A DNA stretch of 64,000 nt, taken from a virus. Its lineage: Duplodnaviria > Caudoviricetes. The stretch lies in the IMG/VR virus record IMGVR_UViG_3300015607_004160; one strand, 5' to 3'. Positions 1 through 10,624 of the stretch are shown one piece after another. The translations under genes were made by a program, and so were the position numbers. The stretch's first letter is position 1, and every line of letters begins with the position of its first letter. Below the pieces are notes generated by a model. It made no database searches, was not told where the DNA came from, and was given only the letters and a program-made list of their open reading frames with translations.

Positions 1-858
1 AACATCTAATTCAACAAACTTATCTAAATTAGACGAAGTTTCTAAAATAACCGGATAGAAATTTTTATTAACAATTGGAATGATTGGAGAACTAAATAAA
101 CTTTCTAAGGTCGTTTCCTTATTTAATTCATCATCATTTATATAAATAACACCATTTTTAGAAACAGATAATCCAACAGTTAGATTTTCAGAAATTCTAA
201 AATTAACTCTATCTTCAGATATATCTGCATATTTCATAGCAGTTTCTAGTGTTCTTAAAACTCTTAATTTTTCATTATCAGTAACGTGAGTTTCGAGAGC
301 CGTTTTTTCAATATTATTTTCAGATAATAAGAACCATGATTCTCTTAATAAACAAAGATATCCATCTTCTACTTGCTCAACAATTGTGAAAATGGATTCG
401 CCTTTACCACCTGATAATAAATTAGCTCTTTGTTCTGGAGACTTTGTTAAGTTGTGAACAAAAAGTTTAATTTCAGGAACCCAATCATAAATAGCTAACT
501 CATTAAGAACTTTTGATAATCTATCTTGATCATTTTCAAGATTGATGGTTTGCAAAAGCACGTTAATAGGTTGTCTATATAATTCTCCTTGATTTTTACC
601 ATTTAAAACATTATACAAATGTTTTAACTCATAAACAAGTTGATACTCTTTCATATCAAGATTAAGTGTTTCAAGAAGTGACTTAACCTCTTTATCAAAA
701 GTATATGTTTTTAGTCTTTCATTTAAGGCAGTAACAATTTGTTTTTCTGATAATTCATTACACATATCAATATATGATTCAATTATCATGGAAACTTCTT
801 CTTGCTCAATACCTAATTTTTTTCTGAAATTAAATAGTTCTAATTTAATATTCTTCAT
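1..858 (-). CDS. hypothetical protein, partial (runs off left edge)
   Basis: ATG at 858, open frame MKNIKLELFNFRKKLGIEQEEV... with no stop before the window edge; AATATATA motif upstream. Confidence 0.75.
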   Translation of the reverse strand, partial: MKNIKLELFNFRKKLGIEQEEVSMIIESYIDMCNELSEKQIVTALNERLKTYTFDKEVKSLLETLNLDMKEYQLVYELKHLYNVLNGKNQGELYRQPINVLLQTINLENDQDRLSKVLNELAIYDWVPEIKLFVHNLTKSPEQRANLLSGGKGESIFTIVEQVEDGYLCLLRESWFLLSENNIEKTALETHVTDNEKLRVLRTLETAMKYADISEDRVNFRISENLTVGLSVSKNGVIYINDDELNKETTLESLFSSPIIPIVNKNFYPVILETSSNLDKFVELDV

Positions 859-931
859 AGTAAATTTTGTTTTTTATTTTATCTTAATCTATATATTATA
901 AACAAAAAGTCATTTTTTTCACTTTTATTTA

Positions 932-1678
932 TTAAGGATTATTATTTATATTATTATCTAAAACAAATGGAACTCCGGCTCGTCTAGATTCAATTAAATT
1001 CAAATACCATCTGGTTTTCTTTGGATTTATTACACCAGTTGTTCCATCACCACTTCGAAATGCTGGGTAATAAGTATGAACTTCAAAAGATACTGTCAAT
1101 TTGATAGTATTGTCAGTTGTAAGGTTCTTCTCTCTTGAAATTTCAACCTGATTTGCATCCGGAAGTATCATGACCGCATCTATATTCATATAGTTGTGTT
1201 CAAAATACATAAACCTATACAACCATAGGGTATTAATTATTGCCTGACTGCATTTAAAAGAATCTATTTCACTTGCTAATAAAATTGATAAGTCGTATTT
1301 AACCGATATCGGAACTGCTCTAACTTTCGTTAAAACTTTTTTAATTTCTGTTTTGTTCTCAACAACAGTTCTTAGCCAAACATTTGGATTAGCAAATTCA
1401 TCTGATTTAATATCAAATCCAGTCATTGTTAAATGACCTCTTGGTATAATATCAGTGTTTAACTCTACATATCTGTTATCAGAAACGACATCATCAGCAA
1501 AAGAATCTAAGAGAAATCTTTCATCTCCTGTCATGGAATAATAAAAAGGAACCTTAACTTCTATGTCTCCTGATGAAAATCGATTCGTCCACCAAACTTC
1601 ACCTTCTAATGTATCCAAAACACAAACTGTTAAGTCACGAAAAAACACATCTTCAAAATTAAATCTTTCTCCAATCAT
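932..1678 (-). CDS. T4 gp15-like tail sheath stabilizer/terminator
   Basis: KVPFYYS, IPRGHL, PISVKYDLSIL and terminal LTVSFEVHTYYP follow the gp15 pattern; structural context. Confidence 0.65.
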   Translation of the reverse strand: MIGERFNFEDVFFRDLTVCVLDTLEGEVWWTNRFSSGDIEVKVPFYYSMTGDERFLLDSFADDVVSDNRYVELNTDIIPRGHLTMTGFDIKSDEFANPNVWLRTVVENKTEIKKVLTKVRAVPISVKYDLSILLASEIDSFKCSQAIINTLWLYRFMYFEHNYMNIDAVMILPDANQVEISREKNLTTDNTIKLTVSFEVHTYYPAFRSGDGTTGVINPKKTRWYLNLIESRRAGVPFVLDNNINNNP

Positions 1679-1724
1679 AGATTTATATATAAAATATATA
1701 ATCTCCTATTTTAATATATAAAAT

Positions 1725-1913
1725 ATGATCGATAATTTTAAACTATTTGAAAATACACAACTAGCCAGATCAATTTTGCGAAAGTTTGGGGTGGGTGAAA
1801 ATAGCAAAACATATAATGACATAAAGGAGTTAACTAAAGATCATAATGGATATTTAGGATTCTTTGTTAAAATGTGGCTAGAACAAGATGTTAGCTTTGA
1901 ATCACTTAATTAA
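1725..1913 (+). CDS. short hypothetical protein (possibly the N-terminal fragment of a broken gene continuing at 1949)
   Basis: TAATATATA upstream; FKLFEN N-terminal motif; early stop. Confidence 0.45.
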   Translation: MIDNFKLFENTQLARSILRKFGVGENSKTYNDIKELTKDHNGYLGFFVKMWLEQDVSFESLN

Positions 1914-1948
1914 GACTCTATAAAAAAGTATTACCACAATATACAACA

Positions 1949-2680
1949 ATGAATTATGCACTAAATACTATAAAACAATGGGTTGTAAAGATTGATAGAA
2001 ATAAAAGAGATATAGATGCTCAGACAATAGTTGAATATTTCTATCCTAAATTAAAAAATGAGTCATTCTCACTTGGTAGATATGATGGTCTAGGGTTTAC
2101 ACCAACCCTTTATATGATTGCTAGTTTAGTTAAAACTGATAATATTAATTTAATGGACAGTCTAAAAATTAGTTTTAGTAAAGATCAAATGAAATACTTA
2201 ATAAGAATTTTATTTAACATGGAGTCATATAATCAAACACCTTATTTAAGAGAGGATTTTAGATTGAATGATAGCGAGAGAGAGAAACTATGTGACTGGT
2301 TGGTCAAAAATAGAACAAAGGTCAGAAAGAACTATAGTAATCAAATAGTTCCTAATATGGATATATATCAACACGAATCGGTTTCTCTAATTTATTACTA
2401 TTTTAATTGGGGGTTCCAAAACTATTTTAATTTAGTTAAAAGAACTAGAAATCAAGCTGATAAGTGGTCAAAAATAGATGGACAGGATTTTCATCAACAA
2501 GGAAGAAATCATGTAGATTATTTCAGTGAGATATTTAATTATCTAAGCCACACCAAAAAGAAAGAAGAATTGGATGAACTTGTTGATAAGATAAAATCAA
2601 ACATAGTGCTTAATCAAGGGGAAATGAAGATGATTCAAGGTATATCATCAGGAAATTCAAGATTCTATATTAGTATCTAA
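1949..2680 (+). CDS. hypothetical protein
   Basis: 243-aa ORF. Confidence 0.6.
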   Translation: MNYALNTIKQWVVKIDRNKRDIDAQTIVEYFYPKLKNESFSLGRYDGLGFTPTLYMIASLVKTDNINLMDSLKISFSKDQMKYLIRILFNMESYNQTPYLREDFRLNDSEREKLCDWLVKNRTKVRKNYSNQIVPNMDIYQHESVSLIYYYFNWGFQNYFNLVKRTRNQADKWSKIDGQDFHQQGRNHVDYFSEIFNYLSHTKKKEELDELVDKIKSNIVLNQGEMKMIQGISSGNSRFYISI

Positions 2681-2728
2681 TCCAGAAATTCTCCAATCAT
2701 AGATTTATATATAAATAAAATATGTATT

Positions 2729-3052
2729 ATGAAAATAAAATTATTTAAGGAGTATATTACTGAAAAGTTGCATACAATAGATGATGCGAATAAAGCATTG
2801 TCTTTATTACAAAAAAATATATCAAAAAATGCATCACTCATTGGTGGATTTGGGAAAGGAAAAGTTACATCCGAACACGATATTGATATATTAATACCAG
2901 ATATAGAATTCAATGATGAAGTAAAAGAACAAATATTCAAGCTATTGAATGCTGAATCTGTTGAAGATACAGATTGGGGAGGATGGTATTTCAATAATAC
3001 CGATTATGGTGATGTTGATATTTTTTACACTGATGAAGACTTTGACTATTGA
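2729..3052 (+). CDS. minimal Pol-beta-superfamily nucleotidyltransferase-like protein
   Basis: LIGG..KG..SEHDIDIL (G[GS]..DxD) plus third Asp in VDIF. Confidence 0.55.
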   Translation: MKIKLFKEYITEKLHTIDDANKALSLLQKNISKNASLIGGFGKGKVTSEHDIDILIPDIEFNDEVKEQIFKLLNAESVEDTDWGGWYFNNTDYGDVDIFYTDEDFDY

Positions 3053-3534
3053 GAATAATTATCCCTTTTATCTAAAAATTTAAAATCATCAGTTGTTAAT
3101 TGAAATCCATCAAAGTTGTTTAAGAAGGCAATAAAGGCTTCTAATGATTCATCCTCAAAGGCAAAAATAGTATTACTTGGATCAAATTTAGAATGATAAG
3201 ATGTATATTGAATAACACTAACTTTATGTGGTGCCTCTATACTAAATTCGGAAACAACCAAATCACCATATGTAATATCAACATTTAATTTTAATTGGTT
3301 ATTTATATTAATCATATAAATATCTATTTCCATTTCATCAGGATCACCATATACAATACTATCTGCTACGTAGTTTATTTGTACTAAATCACCAATACAA
3401 TCGGTATTCTCCCGATGATATTTTCTTATTTCTTTATCTTTAATTATCGTAAGTTCATTTGGAGCTTGATCTTTCCATTTTTCTCCATACATTGTGAACT
3501 GACTAAATCCTTCAAACTTTTTTAGATGTTTCAT
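3046..3534 (-). CDS. hypothetical protein with MKHLKKFE N-terminus
   Basis: start moved to ATG 3534; shares a palindromic promoter with the divergent gene. Confidence 0.7.
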   Translation of the reverse strand: MKHLKKFEGFSQFTMYGEKWKDQAPNELTIIKDKEIRKYHRENTDCIGDLVQINYVADSIVYGDPDEMEIDIYMININNQLKLNVDITYGDLVVSEFSIEAPHKVSVIQYTSYHSKFDPSNTIFAFEDESLEAFIAFLNNFDGFQLTTDDFKFLDKRDNYSQ

Positions 3535-3536
3535 TT

Positions 3537-3548
3537 TAATATATATTA
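3537..3548. promoter_or_regulatory. palindromic TAATATATATTA, putative bidirectional late promoter
   Basis: fills the short gap between divergent ATGs at 3534 and 3553; same palindrome at 7671 and 62515, a longer one at 41851. Confidence 0.6.
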
Positions 3549-3552
3549 TAAT

Positions 3553-3996
3553 ATGAAACATCTAAAATTATTTGAATCTTATTATGAAGACCTAACTCCA
3601 TATGCATATGGTCGTATACATGGTAAAGAATGCCTAAATGTCGGATGGATCGGGAGTGAAGAAAACTTTACGACTGGTGAGGTTTCTGAAGAATTTATTA
3701 AAAAGCTAGAAGCAGTAGAACGTTCAGATGAGTATACTTCAGAAAGACATAAAGGGTTTCACCGGTGCGAATTATGTGGTGTTCTTATGGGATCACAAGT
3801 TAAAAAAATTGAATATAATGGGAAATGTTATAAATTCCCAAGTAAAGTATCACACTATGTACGAGATCATAAGTATAAACCACCTCAAGAATTTATAGAT
3901 GCTATTATGAGCTTAGAAATAAAGGATCCAATTAGTAAGTCATATGGTGGTAGTGGATTTATTGGGGGTAGATATCGTGGATCACGATTTAAATAA
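3553..3996 (+). CDS. conserved hypothetical Zn-binding protein
   Basis: MKHLKLFES start; LNVGW, GFHRCELC, HY..H.YKPP.EFIDAI motifs. Confidence 0.7.
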   Translation: MKHLKLFESYYEDLTPYAYGRIHGKECLNVGWIGSEENFTTGEVSEEFIKKLEAVERSDEYTSERHKGFHRCELCGVLMGSQVKKIEYNGKCYKFPSKVSHYVRDHKYKPPQEFIDAIMSLEIKDPISKSYGGSGFIGGRYRGSRFK

Positions 3997-4006
3997 ACTT
4001 TCAAAC

Positions 4007-4038
4007 TATATCAATTTATAATTATATCAATTTATAAT
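4007..4038 (+). repeat. 16-bp tandem duplication TATATCAATTTATAAT x2 before the clamp loader start
   Basis: read directly from the sequence. Confidence 0.8.
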
Positions 4039-4039
4039 T

Positions 4040-5014
4040 ATGAAAGAACTGTTACTAAGCGAAAAATGGAGACCTAAAAAGTTTGAAGATGTTATTCTTC
4101 TACCAAGAATTCAAAAAATATTTGAGGATGGAATTAAGAAAAATGTTATTTTATACGGACATTATGGAACCGGCAAAACAACATTAGCCAGAATACTCAT
4201 TGGTAGATATTCAAAAGATAAAGCTTTCTTAGAAATAAATAGCTCCTTCTATACCTCAATTGATGTTCTAAGGACCAAAATTGATGACTTCTGTTCTAAA
4301 GTTTATATGGGGTTAGACTTAGACTACATGATCGATCAAGATTCTATGAAATATGTTTTCTTAGATGAATTTGAAAGAACATCTCCGCAATATCAAGATG
4401 CTTTAAAGGCATACATAGATGAATATTCTAGTCGAAATGTTCGATTTATATTTAATACAAATCACATTAATAAGATATCTGATGGTATTAAATCAAGATC
4501 AACACAAATTAACTTTGACTGCATTAATGCTGATGAAGAAAAATTTCTTAAAACATCCATCTATAAAAGAATAATGGATGTAATTGCTCCAGAAGAAAAG
4601 ATAGATATTAAAAAGGATGATTTAATAAAAATTATTAATAAAAATTTCCCAGATTTTCGTTCAGTGATGAATGAGCTTCAACATTTTAAAGAAACTGGAG
4701 AAGGATCCTCTAATTCAAATATAAATCTCAAATTGAGAAATGATCTATATGCAATTATTTATGACAAATCTAAAAATTATGAAGATATATATCATTTTTT
4801 AATGAACAACTTTGGTCCAGATAAAATAGATGAAATGATTAGCCTATTTGGAAAACATTTTATTCAATGGTCATTTTCTGAAAAAAGAGAAAACATTGAT
4901 AAATTGTTTCGGGTAAATTATATTATTGCAGAACATACAAAATTATTAGAAACAAATACAGATCCGATTGTATTAGGGATGACGGTTATAGGAAGATTAA
5001 GAGAATTGTTCTAA
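4040..5014 (+). CDS. clamp loader AAA+ subunit (T4 gp44/RFC-like)
   Basis: EKWRPK, Walker A GHYGTGKTT, Walker B VFLDEFE, FPDFR. Confidence 0.92.
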   Translation: MKELLLSEKWRPKKFEDVILLPRIQKIFEDGIKKNVILYGHYGTGKTTLARILIGRYSKDKAFLEINSSFYTSIDVLRTKIDDFCSKVYMGLDLDYMIDQDSMKYVFLDEFERTSPQYQDALKAYIDEYSSRNVRFIFNTNHINKISDGIKSRSTQINFDCINADEEKFLKTSIYKRIMDVIAPEEKIDIKKDDLIKIINKNFPDFRSVMNELQHFKETGEGSSNSNINLKLRNDLYAIIYDKSKNYEDIYHFLMNNFGPDKIDEMISLFGKHFIQWSFSEKRENIDKLFRVNYIIAEHTKLLETNTDPIVLGMTVIGRLRELF

Positions 5015-5437
5015 CTCGTCAAACAACTTAAATAACCCTTCTAATTGGTCACATTTGTATATACCACAAATATCTGCTTCTCGCAAATTGATATATCGCC
5101 ATTTATTCGACCCATTATCATGTAGAGTTCCAAAGTCTAATTGCACATAAAACCATTCATCTGTGGTCATTTTTATTCTACCTGATACAAAATTAGATTC
5201 CTCGTTTTTTCGATTCACAACTATAATCACGTCTACTGGATGTAATAATCTATTAGATAATGGTATATTTACCTTACTAACATTGAATTTTTTCTCTGAT
5301 AATTTTACTTTTATTTTATTAAATATATCGTCGGATATTTCAGTATACTGGTCAGGTGCAATACCTATACTGTCATAATCACTCCCAATTTTTTTATAGT
5401 AATTGGAATATTCCTCAAATAGTTGAATATGATTCAT
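4997..5437 (-). CDS. hypothetical protein, CDQ-domain family
   Basis: DEWFYV...YKCDQLEGL motif shared with other ORFs in the window. Confidence 0.7.
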   Translation of the reverse strand: MNHIQLFEEYSNYYKKIGSDYDSIGIAPDQYTEISDDIFNKIKVKLSEKKFNVSKVNIPLSNRLLHPVDVIIVVNRKNEESNFVSGRIKMTTDEWFYVQLDFGTLHDNGSNKWRYINLREADICGIYKCDQLEGLFKLFDELEQFS

Positions 5438-5454
5438 AATTATGATTTATATAT

Positions 5455-6021
5455 TTAGATATTATCTAGTAAAATATTATAAGATGTGTGTCCAATTTTT
5501 TCCATAGTTGAATTTTCTTTAACAACTTTTAATTGGTATTTTTTACATATTTCAGAGATAACATATTTGAACTTATCCAAAAAATGTAAATTATCACCCA
5601 TACTTGTTGATGGATTTTTTTCATTAATAAAAAGAACACTAATAAATTTATTAGTTATATCATTTTTGTCTATTGGGTATCCACAATATGTTAATCCATA
5701 TTCAAACCGACTCTCATACATTGTTCTTCGATGTATAAGTTCAGTTTGATAAATATTATTTTTTATTGATCCGCTATTTTTTACTATATCAAAATTTCTA
5801 TTTTGTGGATATTTATCTCTGTTTTTAAAATTAATTATGAATTTAATATCAATATCAACACCACTATCCTCAATATGAATGAACTCATCTATAAAATCGA
5901 ATACATTTATATTAAAATTATCTTCAATATTTTTTAAAATAGATTGCTTATATCTATCAAAAAACAAGATACGGTCGGCATCATTGGTAGTGTTTTCAAA
6001 CACTCGTTTAAGATACTTCAT
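5455..6021 (-). CDS. hypothetical protein with MKYLKRVFE N-terminus
   Basis: ORF; AATATATA motif upstream. Confidence 0.7.
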   Translation of the reverse strand: MKYLKRVFENTTNDADRILFFDRYKQSILKNIEDNFNINVFDFIDEFIHIEDSGVDIDIKFIINFKNRDKYPQNRNFDIVKNSGSIKNNIYQTELIHRRTMYESRFEYGLTYCGYPIDKNDITNKFISVLFINEKNPSTSMGDNLHFLDKFKYVISEICKKYQLKVVKENSTMEKIGHTSYNILLDNI

Positions 6022-6055
6022 AATATGTATATATTATTATTTAATATATATTTAT

Positions 6056-6454
6056 ATGAACTCGATAGACTTTAAAGATTTTTACATAAGATATCAAGGA
6101 CACCCTAAGTATAAAAGTGGTCAATTGATAGAGGATGATATTATAAATGTCATTATTCAAAAATATGAAATGGTCTTATTTACAAATAAAGGTGAAGTAT
6201 TAGGTGAGCCAGATTTAGGTGCCGATCTAGTATTACTTTTGTATGAAACTAGAGTTTCCGCATCATTTGTTGAAGAAATAATCAGGCAACAAATATCTAC
6301 ATTTATACCTGAATTAGACAGTATGAATTATGGATTAAAAGTTGTATTCGCCCAAGATGTTGAAAATTATCAGGATATGATGTTTATTTACTTCCAAATA
6401 GCAGATTATGAGGTATATGCTGAAGTTGGAACTAGATATGGCGGTGGATTTTAA
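6056..6454 (+). CDS. gp25-like baseplate wedge protein
   Basis: LFTNKGEVLGEPDLGADL..LLYE pattern; start moved to ATG 6056. Confidence 0.75.
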   Translation: MNSIDFKDFYIRYQGHPKYKSGQLIEDDIINVIIQKYEMVLFTNKGEVLGEPDLGADLVLLLYETRVSASFVEEIIRQQISTFIPELDSMNYGLKVVFAQDVENYQDMMFIYFQIADYEVYAEVGTRYGGGF

Positions 6455-6496
6455 AACTTTATTTATTCTTTTAAATAGAATATTTAAATAGAGTAT

Positions 6497-6799
6497 ATGA
6501 ATAAGGTTTTATTACAATTCTGGGAAGAATCAGAAAGAGGATGGGGAGTTAGACCAGATGGTGCATCACTACATATTAATGTAGAATCGTATAGAAAATA
6601 TCTTAATAATATTTATGATAGTAGAAGAGATATACAAGATGTTCCAAATGAGTATGCCAGAGTCGTTGGGTCAGTTATAGAAACAGTAGTAAGTGATGAT
6701 ATTTATAATATGCTATTATCAGAAAAAAATATAAGATTACCACAATATCAGTTGAACAATCTAATAAAATTAAAAGATATCATAGTAGATGCTAGCTAA
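6497..6799 (+). CDS. hypothetical phage protein
   Basis: WEESERGWGVRPDG.SLH motif. Confidence 0.65.
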   Translation: MNKVLLQFWEESERGWGVRPDGASLHINVESYRKYLNNIYDSRRDIQDVPNEYARVVGSVIETVVSDDIYNMLLSEKNIRLPQYQLNNLIKLKDIIVDAS

Positions 6800-7157
6800 C
6801 TTTATACATACTCTTTTTTATTTATTTCCCATATTATTTATATGGGCAGAAATTTATCACTTAAGGTTTAAGGATAGACTTTATGTTAAATTTAATCAAA
6901 AACATCTATCAACATCAAAATTAACAGATTATATATTTTATGTAACCAAAGTCTTTTACTTAATATGGCTAATAATAGGATTATTTTCTAGCCTCTCATA
7001 TTATTTCTTATTAATAATAATAGTTTCTTCTATTAAATTTTTAGTACTATTTTTCAAATCAAGAAAATTCAATGACATATATGATATGATTTCTAGCTTA
7101 GTTTGTATAGGATTGCTATCATATCTATTCCTTAAGGGAATACATTTAATTCTTTGA
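6789..7157 (+). CDS. membrane protein (about 4 TM segments)
   Basis: several hydrophobic stretches. Confidence 0.65.
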   Translation: MLANFIHTLFYLFPILFIWAEIYHLRFKDRLYVKFNQKHLSTSKLTDYIFYVTKVFYLIWLIIGLFSSLSYYFLLIIIVSSIKFLVLFFKSRKFNDIYDMISSLVCIGLLSYLFLKGIHLIL

Positions 7158-7655
7158 TAGGTGTTTTTCAGTTATTATTATAAACTCAAATCCCTTTCTC
7201 TCACAATATTCTATCATATATTTCCACTTCGATAAGTTTTTATTCCACATTTTCAAAGCATATTCAAAATTTTTCAATTGTTTAGCAGTTGGTTTAATTG
7301 GTAATTTTGGTTCTACCGTTTCATTAGAAGCTTTTACTTCAGCAACAACTCTTGACACCGATCCATCTGATCTAGTTAATTCATAATAAAAATCTGGATA
7401 ATATCCATGTGATGTGGTTTCCATTTCTTTGGTCTTACTATTGTATTCAGTTTTTTCATATGGTATTCTTAAGTGTTCAGCTCCCCACACTTTAACACTT
7501 TCATTTGAATCCAAATATATCATCATCTTATGTTCTAAACCAGATCGGTAGAAAACCCCACCATATGAATTAGCTTTAATGAGTTTTTCTTTATTCTTTG
7601 GAGTGTAAAGACCTTGTTTATATTTACCTGGTTGTCTGGGTGCACTATTTAGCAT
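7146..7655 (-). CDS. head completion protein (T4 gp4, TnsA-like nuclease fold)
   Basis: YRSGLE..M.YLD, W.AE...IPY, YYPDF, EVK, N..KW, F.IITE. Confidence 0.88.
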   Translation of the reverse strand: MLNSAPRQPGKYKQGLYTPKNKEKLIKANSYGGVFYRSGLEHKMMIYLDSNESVKVWGAEHLRIPYEKTEYNSKTKEMETTSHGYYPDFYYELTRSDGSVSRVVAEVKASNETVEPKLPIKPTAKQLKNFEYALKMWNKNLSKWKYMIEYCERKGFEFIIITEKHLSKN

Positions 7656-7686
7656 ACCACTTAAATTTTTTAATATATATTATATT

Positions 7687-8112
7687 ATGAAGTATCTCAA
7701 AAAATTTAATGAGTCAATTTCTATTATCGAAAGGGAAAAGTTCCAAAAGACATTTAAAGTTAATATAGAGGATATTGAAGATTATTTAACAGAGTTAAGT
7801 GATGACTATGATGTGTTTGTTTGTTCAATGAACAACCATCCAGTAACAAGAGCTCGAATTGTATCTTTTATCCCGGTTACCATCGATCCTTATTCATTTT
7901 CCATAATAATACAGGCTAAGTCGGAAGACGAATCATTTACTAAAGATTCAAGTAATTTTAATACTAATGCCGTTATGAAGATAATGTTGAGTTTTATAAA
8001 TAGAATTACTCATATATACCCACATATTAAATTTGATAAATATGAGTCCAAAGAATATAAAAGTGGTTTAAAATTAGTAGAATACATATTTAAAAGAAAT
8101 ATATTTACTTAA
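7687..8112 (+). CDS. hypothetical protein with MKYLKKFNES N-terminus
   Basis: ORF after palindromic TAATATATATTA. Confidence 0.7.
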   Translation: MKYLKKFNESISIIEREKFQKTFKVNIEDIEDYLTELSDDYDVFVCSMNNHPVTRARIVSFIPVTIDPYSFSIIIQAKSEDESFTKDSSNFNTNAVMKIMLSFINRITHIYPHIKFDKYESKEYKSGLKLVEYIFKRNIFT

Positions 8113-8804
8113 TGGCAGAATTGTTAGAAAGAATAAAATTAAGCAATTTAGTCCACGGTGATGGAATAGTAGAGAATTTTAAAAACAATTCTTTGTTCTT
8201 TTATAATGCCTATTCCAAATCAGATGAAAATATAATGAATATACCAATTGGTAAAATTCAATTGGGTGGATTTTATTTTCTACATTATATGGATGATTCT
8301 AATTGGATGAAATATTCTCCAATATTTACTATTGATTTTAAAAAGTTTGAAAACCTAATTATCATACATGGTGTTAATTTTAATTTCATACCATTAGAAA
8401 TAAGAGCTGCCATTTTTGATAAATTTATCTTAGAAGAAGATTTTGAAAATGATAGATTACTTAAAGTAACATATGAGGGTATGTATCGTGAATTACTAAA
8501 ATATGGATTTGAATATGCTATTGTTGAATATAATATGGCTCAAGTCAAAGCCGTACATAAAATATCCATGAGTATGGTCCCTAGATTTCTATACTCACAA
8601 CATCCTATAAATAAATATGATCCTAAAAAGTTATATGAAATATGGGAGGCAAAGATAGGTCAACAAGGGAAAAGACATCAAGAAATGTCTAAATCATTAG
8701 TAGACGAATTTTTTACTGCATCAGATGATATATTAGATAACTATAAATTATTAAAAAATCATATATTGAGAATACAAAAAAGTCTTGATAAATACGGGCA
8801 ATAA
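8112..8804 (+). CDS. DNA end protector (T4 gp2-like)
   Basis: G.FYF.HY, P.F, G.NFNFIP..R pattern; position next to gp4 and portal. Confidence 0.65.
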   Translation: MAELLERIKLSNLVHGDGIVENFKNNSLFFYNAYSKSDENIMNIPIGKIQLGGFYFLHYMDDSNWMKYSPIFTIDFKKFENLIIIHGVNFNFIPLEIRAAIFDKFILEEDFENDRLLKVTYEGMYRELLKYGFEYAIVEYNMAQVKAVHKISMSMVPRFLYSQHPINKYDPKKLYEIWEAKIGQQGKRHQEMSKSLVDEFFTASDDILDNYKLLKNHILRIQKSLDKYGQ

Positions 8805-8875
8805 ACTTATTAATATATTAGAATATAAACAATATACTATTTTTTAATATATATGAAAAAATATTTAAAATTTAA

Positions 8876-10624
8876 ATGGCTTCATACAACTCACTGAACC
8901 AGTTACAACAACCTACTAATATTGCTTCCTCAGTAGAAAATAAAGGTTTATTTAATAGGTTACTAAGAAATCTTAGTTCATTTGGTATGAAATATGATGA
9001 CATGATCATCCGAAATACGGTGGGGGTTGGTATGAATGAGGATCCATACTCACAGAAAGGAAACTCAATGTATGACTTTTTTAGTCAAAAGGCAGTAGCT
9101 CAAGTTTTAAATAAAAAATCGATTCCGTATTTAGATAGGGCATATTCAGATAAAAGAAGGATTTTAAGGGAGTATTCAATTAAAGATGAAATAAGAGATT
9201 TTATATCAACTGTTGCTGATGAATCAATTGTTTATAATGATGATAGAGACTTTTGCTTTTTAAAGCCATTATCTAATGATTATTCACAAGATGTTAAAGA
9301 TAAATATACTGAATATTTTGAAAAAATTTATAACAAATTTGGATTCTCTGATGGTATAACATCTTGGAATATGATGAAAGATTTTCTAATTGATGGATAT
9401 GTTGCATTAGAAATTGTATGGGATGATAAGAAAAAGAATATTATTCATTTTAATAGAATGAGGCCAGAAACGCTAGTTCCTGCTTATGAGCCATCTATTG
9501 GTAATCTTTGGATTCAATATCCAGAAGACCCACAATTAAGAAGAATATTTTTAGATTCACAAATTGTATTTATATCATATTCTACACAACATGATTATTC
9601 TGAAACATCTTATGTTGAAGGATTAATCAAACCATACAATCAATTAAAGATAATTGAACAAACTAGAATTATGTTCAACGTTATTAATGCCACAGTTTAT
9701 CAAAAATTTACTATACCGATTAAAGGTTTACCTAGACAAAGAGCTGAAGAGCAAGTTGGACAATTAATATCTGATTACTCTGAAGAAGTAGAATGGGATG
9801 ACTCATTAGGAACATTGACTATAAATGGTACAAAACATCTTCCTTATAATAAACAAATATGGTTTCCTGAAGGTGAAGCTGGTACACCAAATATGGAGTT
9901 AGTATCACCAGAAGGTCATAATTTGAATGAGAGTGATATGCTAACTTGGTTTTATAACGCATTAAAAAGAGCCTCTAAAATACCATTCTCAAGATTTGAA
10001 AAAGAAAATGGTGGTGGTAATATCTTTTCAGACGCATCTGAGATGACTAGAGATGAGGTTAAATTTTCAAACTTTATTAATAGAATTAGATCCAATTTTA
10101 AAGAGCTTATTGTTAAATCACTTAGGCTTCAAATGTGTATGGAATTTCCTGAATTAAAAGATGATGAGATATTCCTAAATCAAATTGATATTTCATTTAA
10201 CTCAAATCAAATATTTGAAGAATGGAAAAAATTAGCTAATATGGAAAAAAGATCATCTATACTATCAAGTCTTTTAGGAATTCAAACTGCAGAAGGTCAG
10301 CCTTATTTCCATATCGAATATTTAATTGATAAGGTTATGAAATTAACACCAGAAGAAAAAGAAGAAAATAAAGCCTACTGGATTAAATCTAAAGGAGCTG
10401 GAAGTGCCCAAGGCGGTGAAGGCGGTGGAGAATTTGGTGGCGGTGAAGGAGGTGGAGAATTTGGTGGCGATGAAGGAGGAGAATTTGGTGGAGAGGGCGG
10501 TGGTGAATTTGGTGGACCTCAAGGCGGCGAATTTGGTGGGGAAGGCGGTGGTGAAACTCCTCCAGCACAAGGTGGCGGTGAAACTCCTCCTCCAGCACAA
10601 GGTGGTGGTGAGTTTGAATTCTAA
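8876..10624 (+). CDS. portal protein (T4 gp20-like) with Gly/Glu-rich tail
   Basis: IDG, KPYNQLKIIE, SKIPFSR, TRDEVKF..FI.R.R motifs. Confidence 0.95.
   Translation: MASYNSLNQLQQPTNIASSVENKGLFNRLLRNLSSFGMKYDDMIIRNTVGVGMNEDPYSQKGNSMYDFFSQKAVAQVLNKKSIPYLDRAYSDKRRILREYSIKDEIRDFISTVADESIVYNDDRDFCFLKPLSNDYSQDVKDKYTEYFEKIYNKFGFSDGITSWNMMKDFLIDGYVALEIVWDDKKKNIIHFNRMRPETLVPAYEPSIGNLWIQYPEDPQLRRIFLDSQIVFISYSTQHDYSETSYVEGLIKPYNQLKIIEQTRIMFNVINATVYQKFTIPIKGLPRQRAEEQVGQLISDYSEEVEWDDSLGTLTINGTKHLPYNKQIWFPEGEAGTPNMELVSPEGHNLNESDMLTWFYNALKRASKIPFSRFEKENGGGNIFSDASEMTRDEVKFSNFINRIRSNFKELIVKSLRLQMCMEFPELKDDEIFLNQIDISFNSNQIFEEWKKLANMEKRSSILSSLLGIQTAEGQPYFHIEYLIDKVMKLTPEEKEENKAYWIKSKGAGSAQGGEGGGEFGGGEGGGEFGGDEGGEFGGEGGGEFGGPQGGEFGGEGGGETPPAQGGGETPPPAQGGGEFEF
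10411..10620 (+). repeat. coding repeat GGEFGG / GGGETPPAQ in the portal C-terminus
   Basis: repeated GGTGGAGAATTTGGTGG-like units. Confidence 0.85.
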
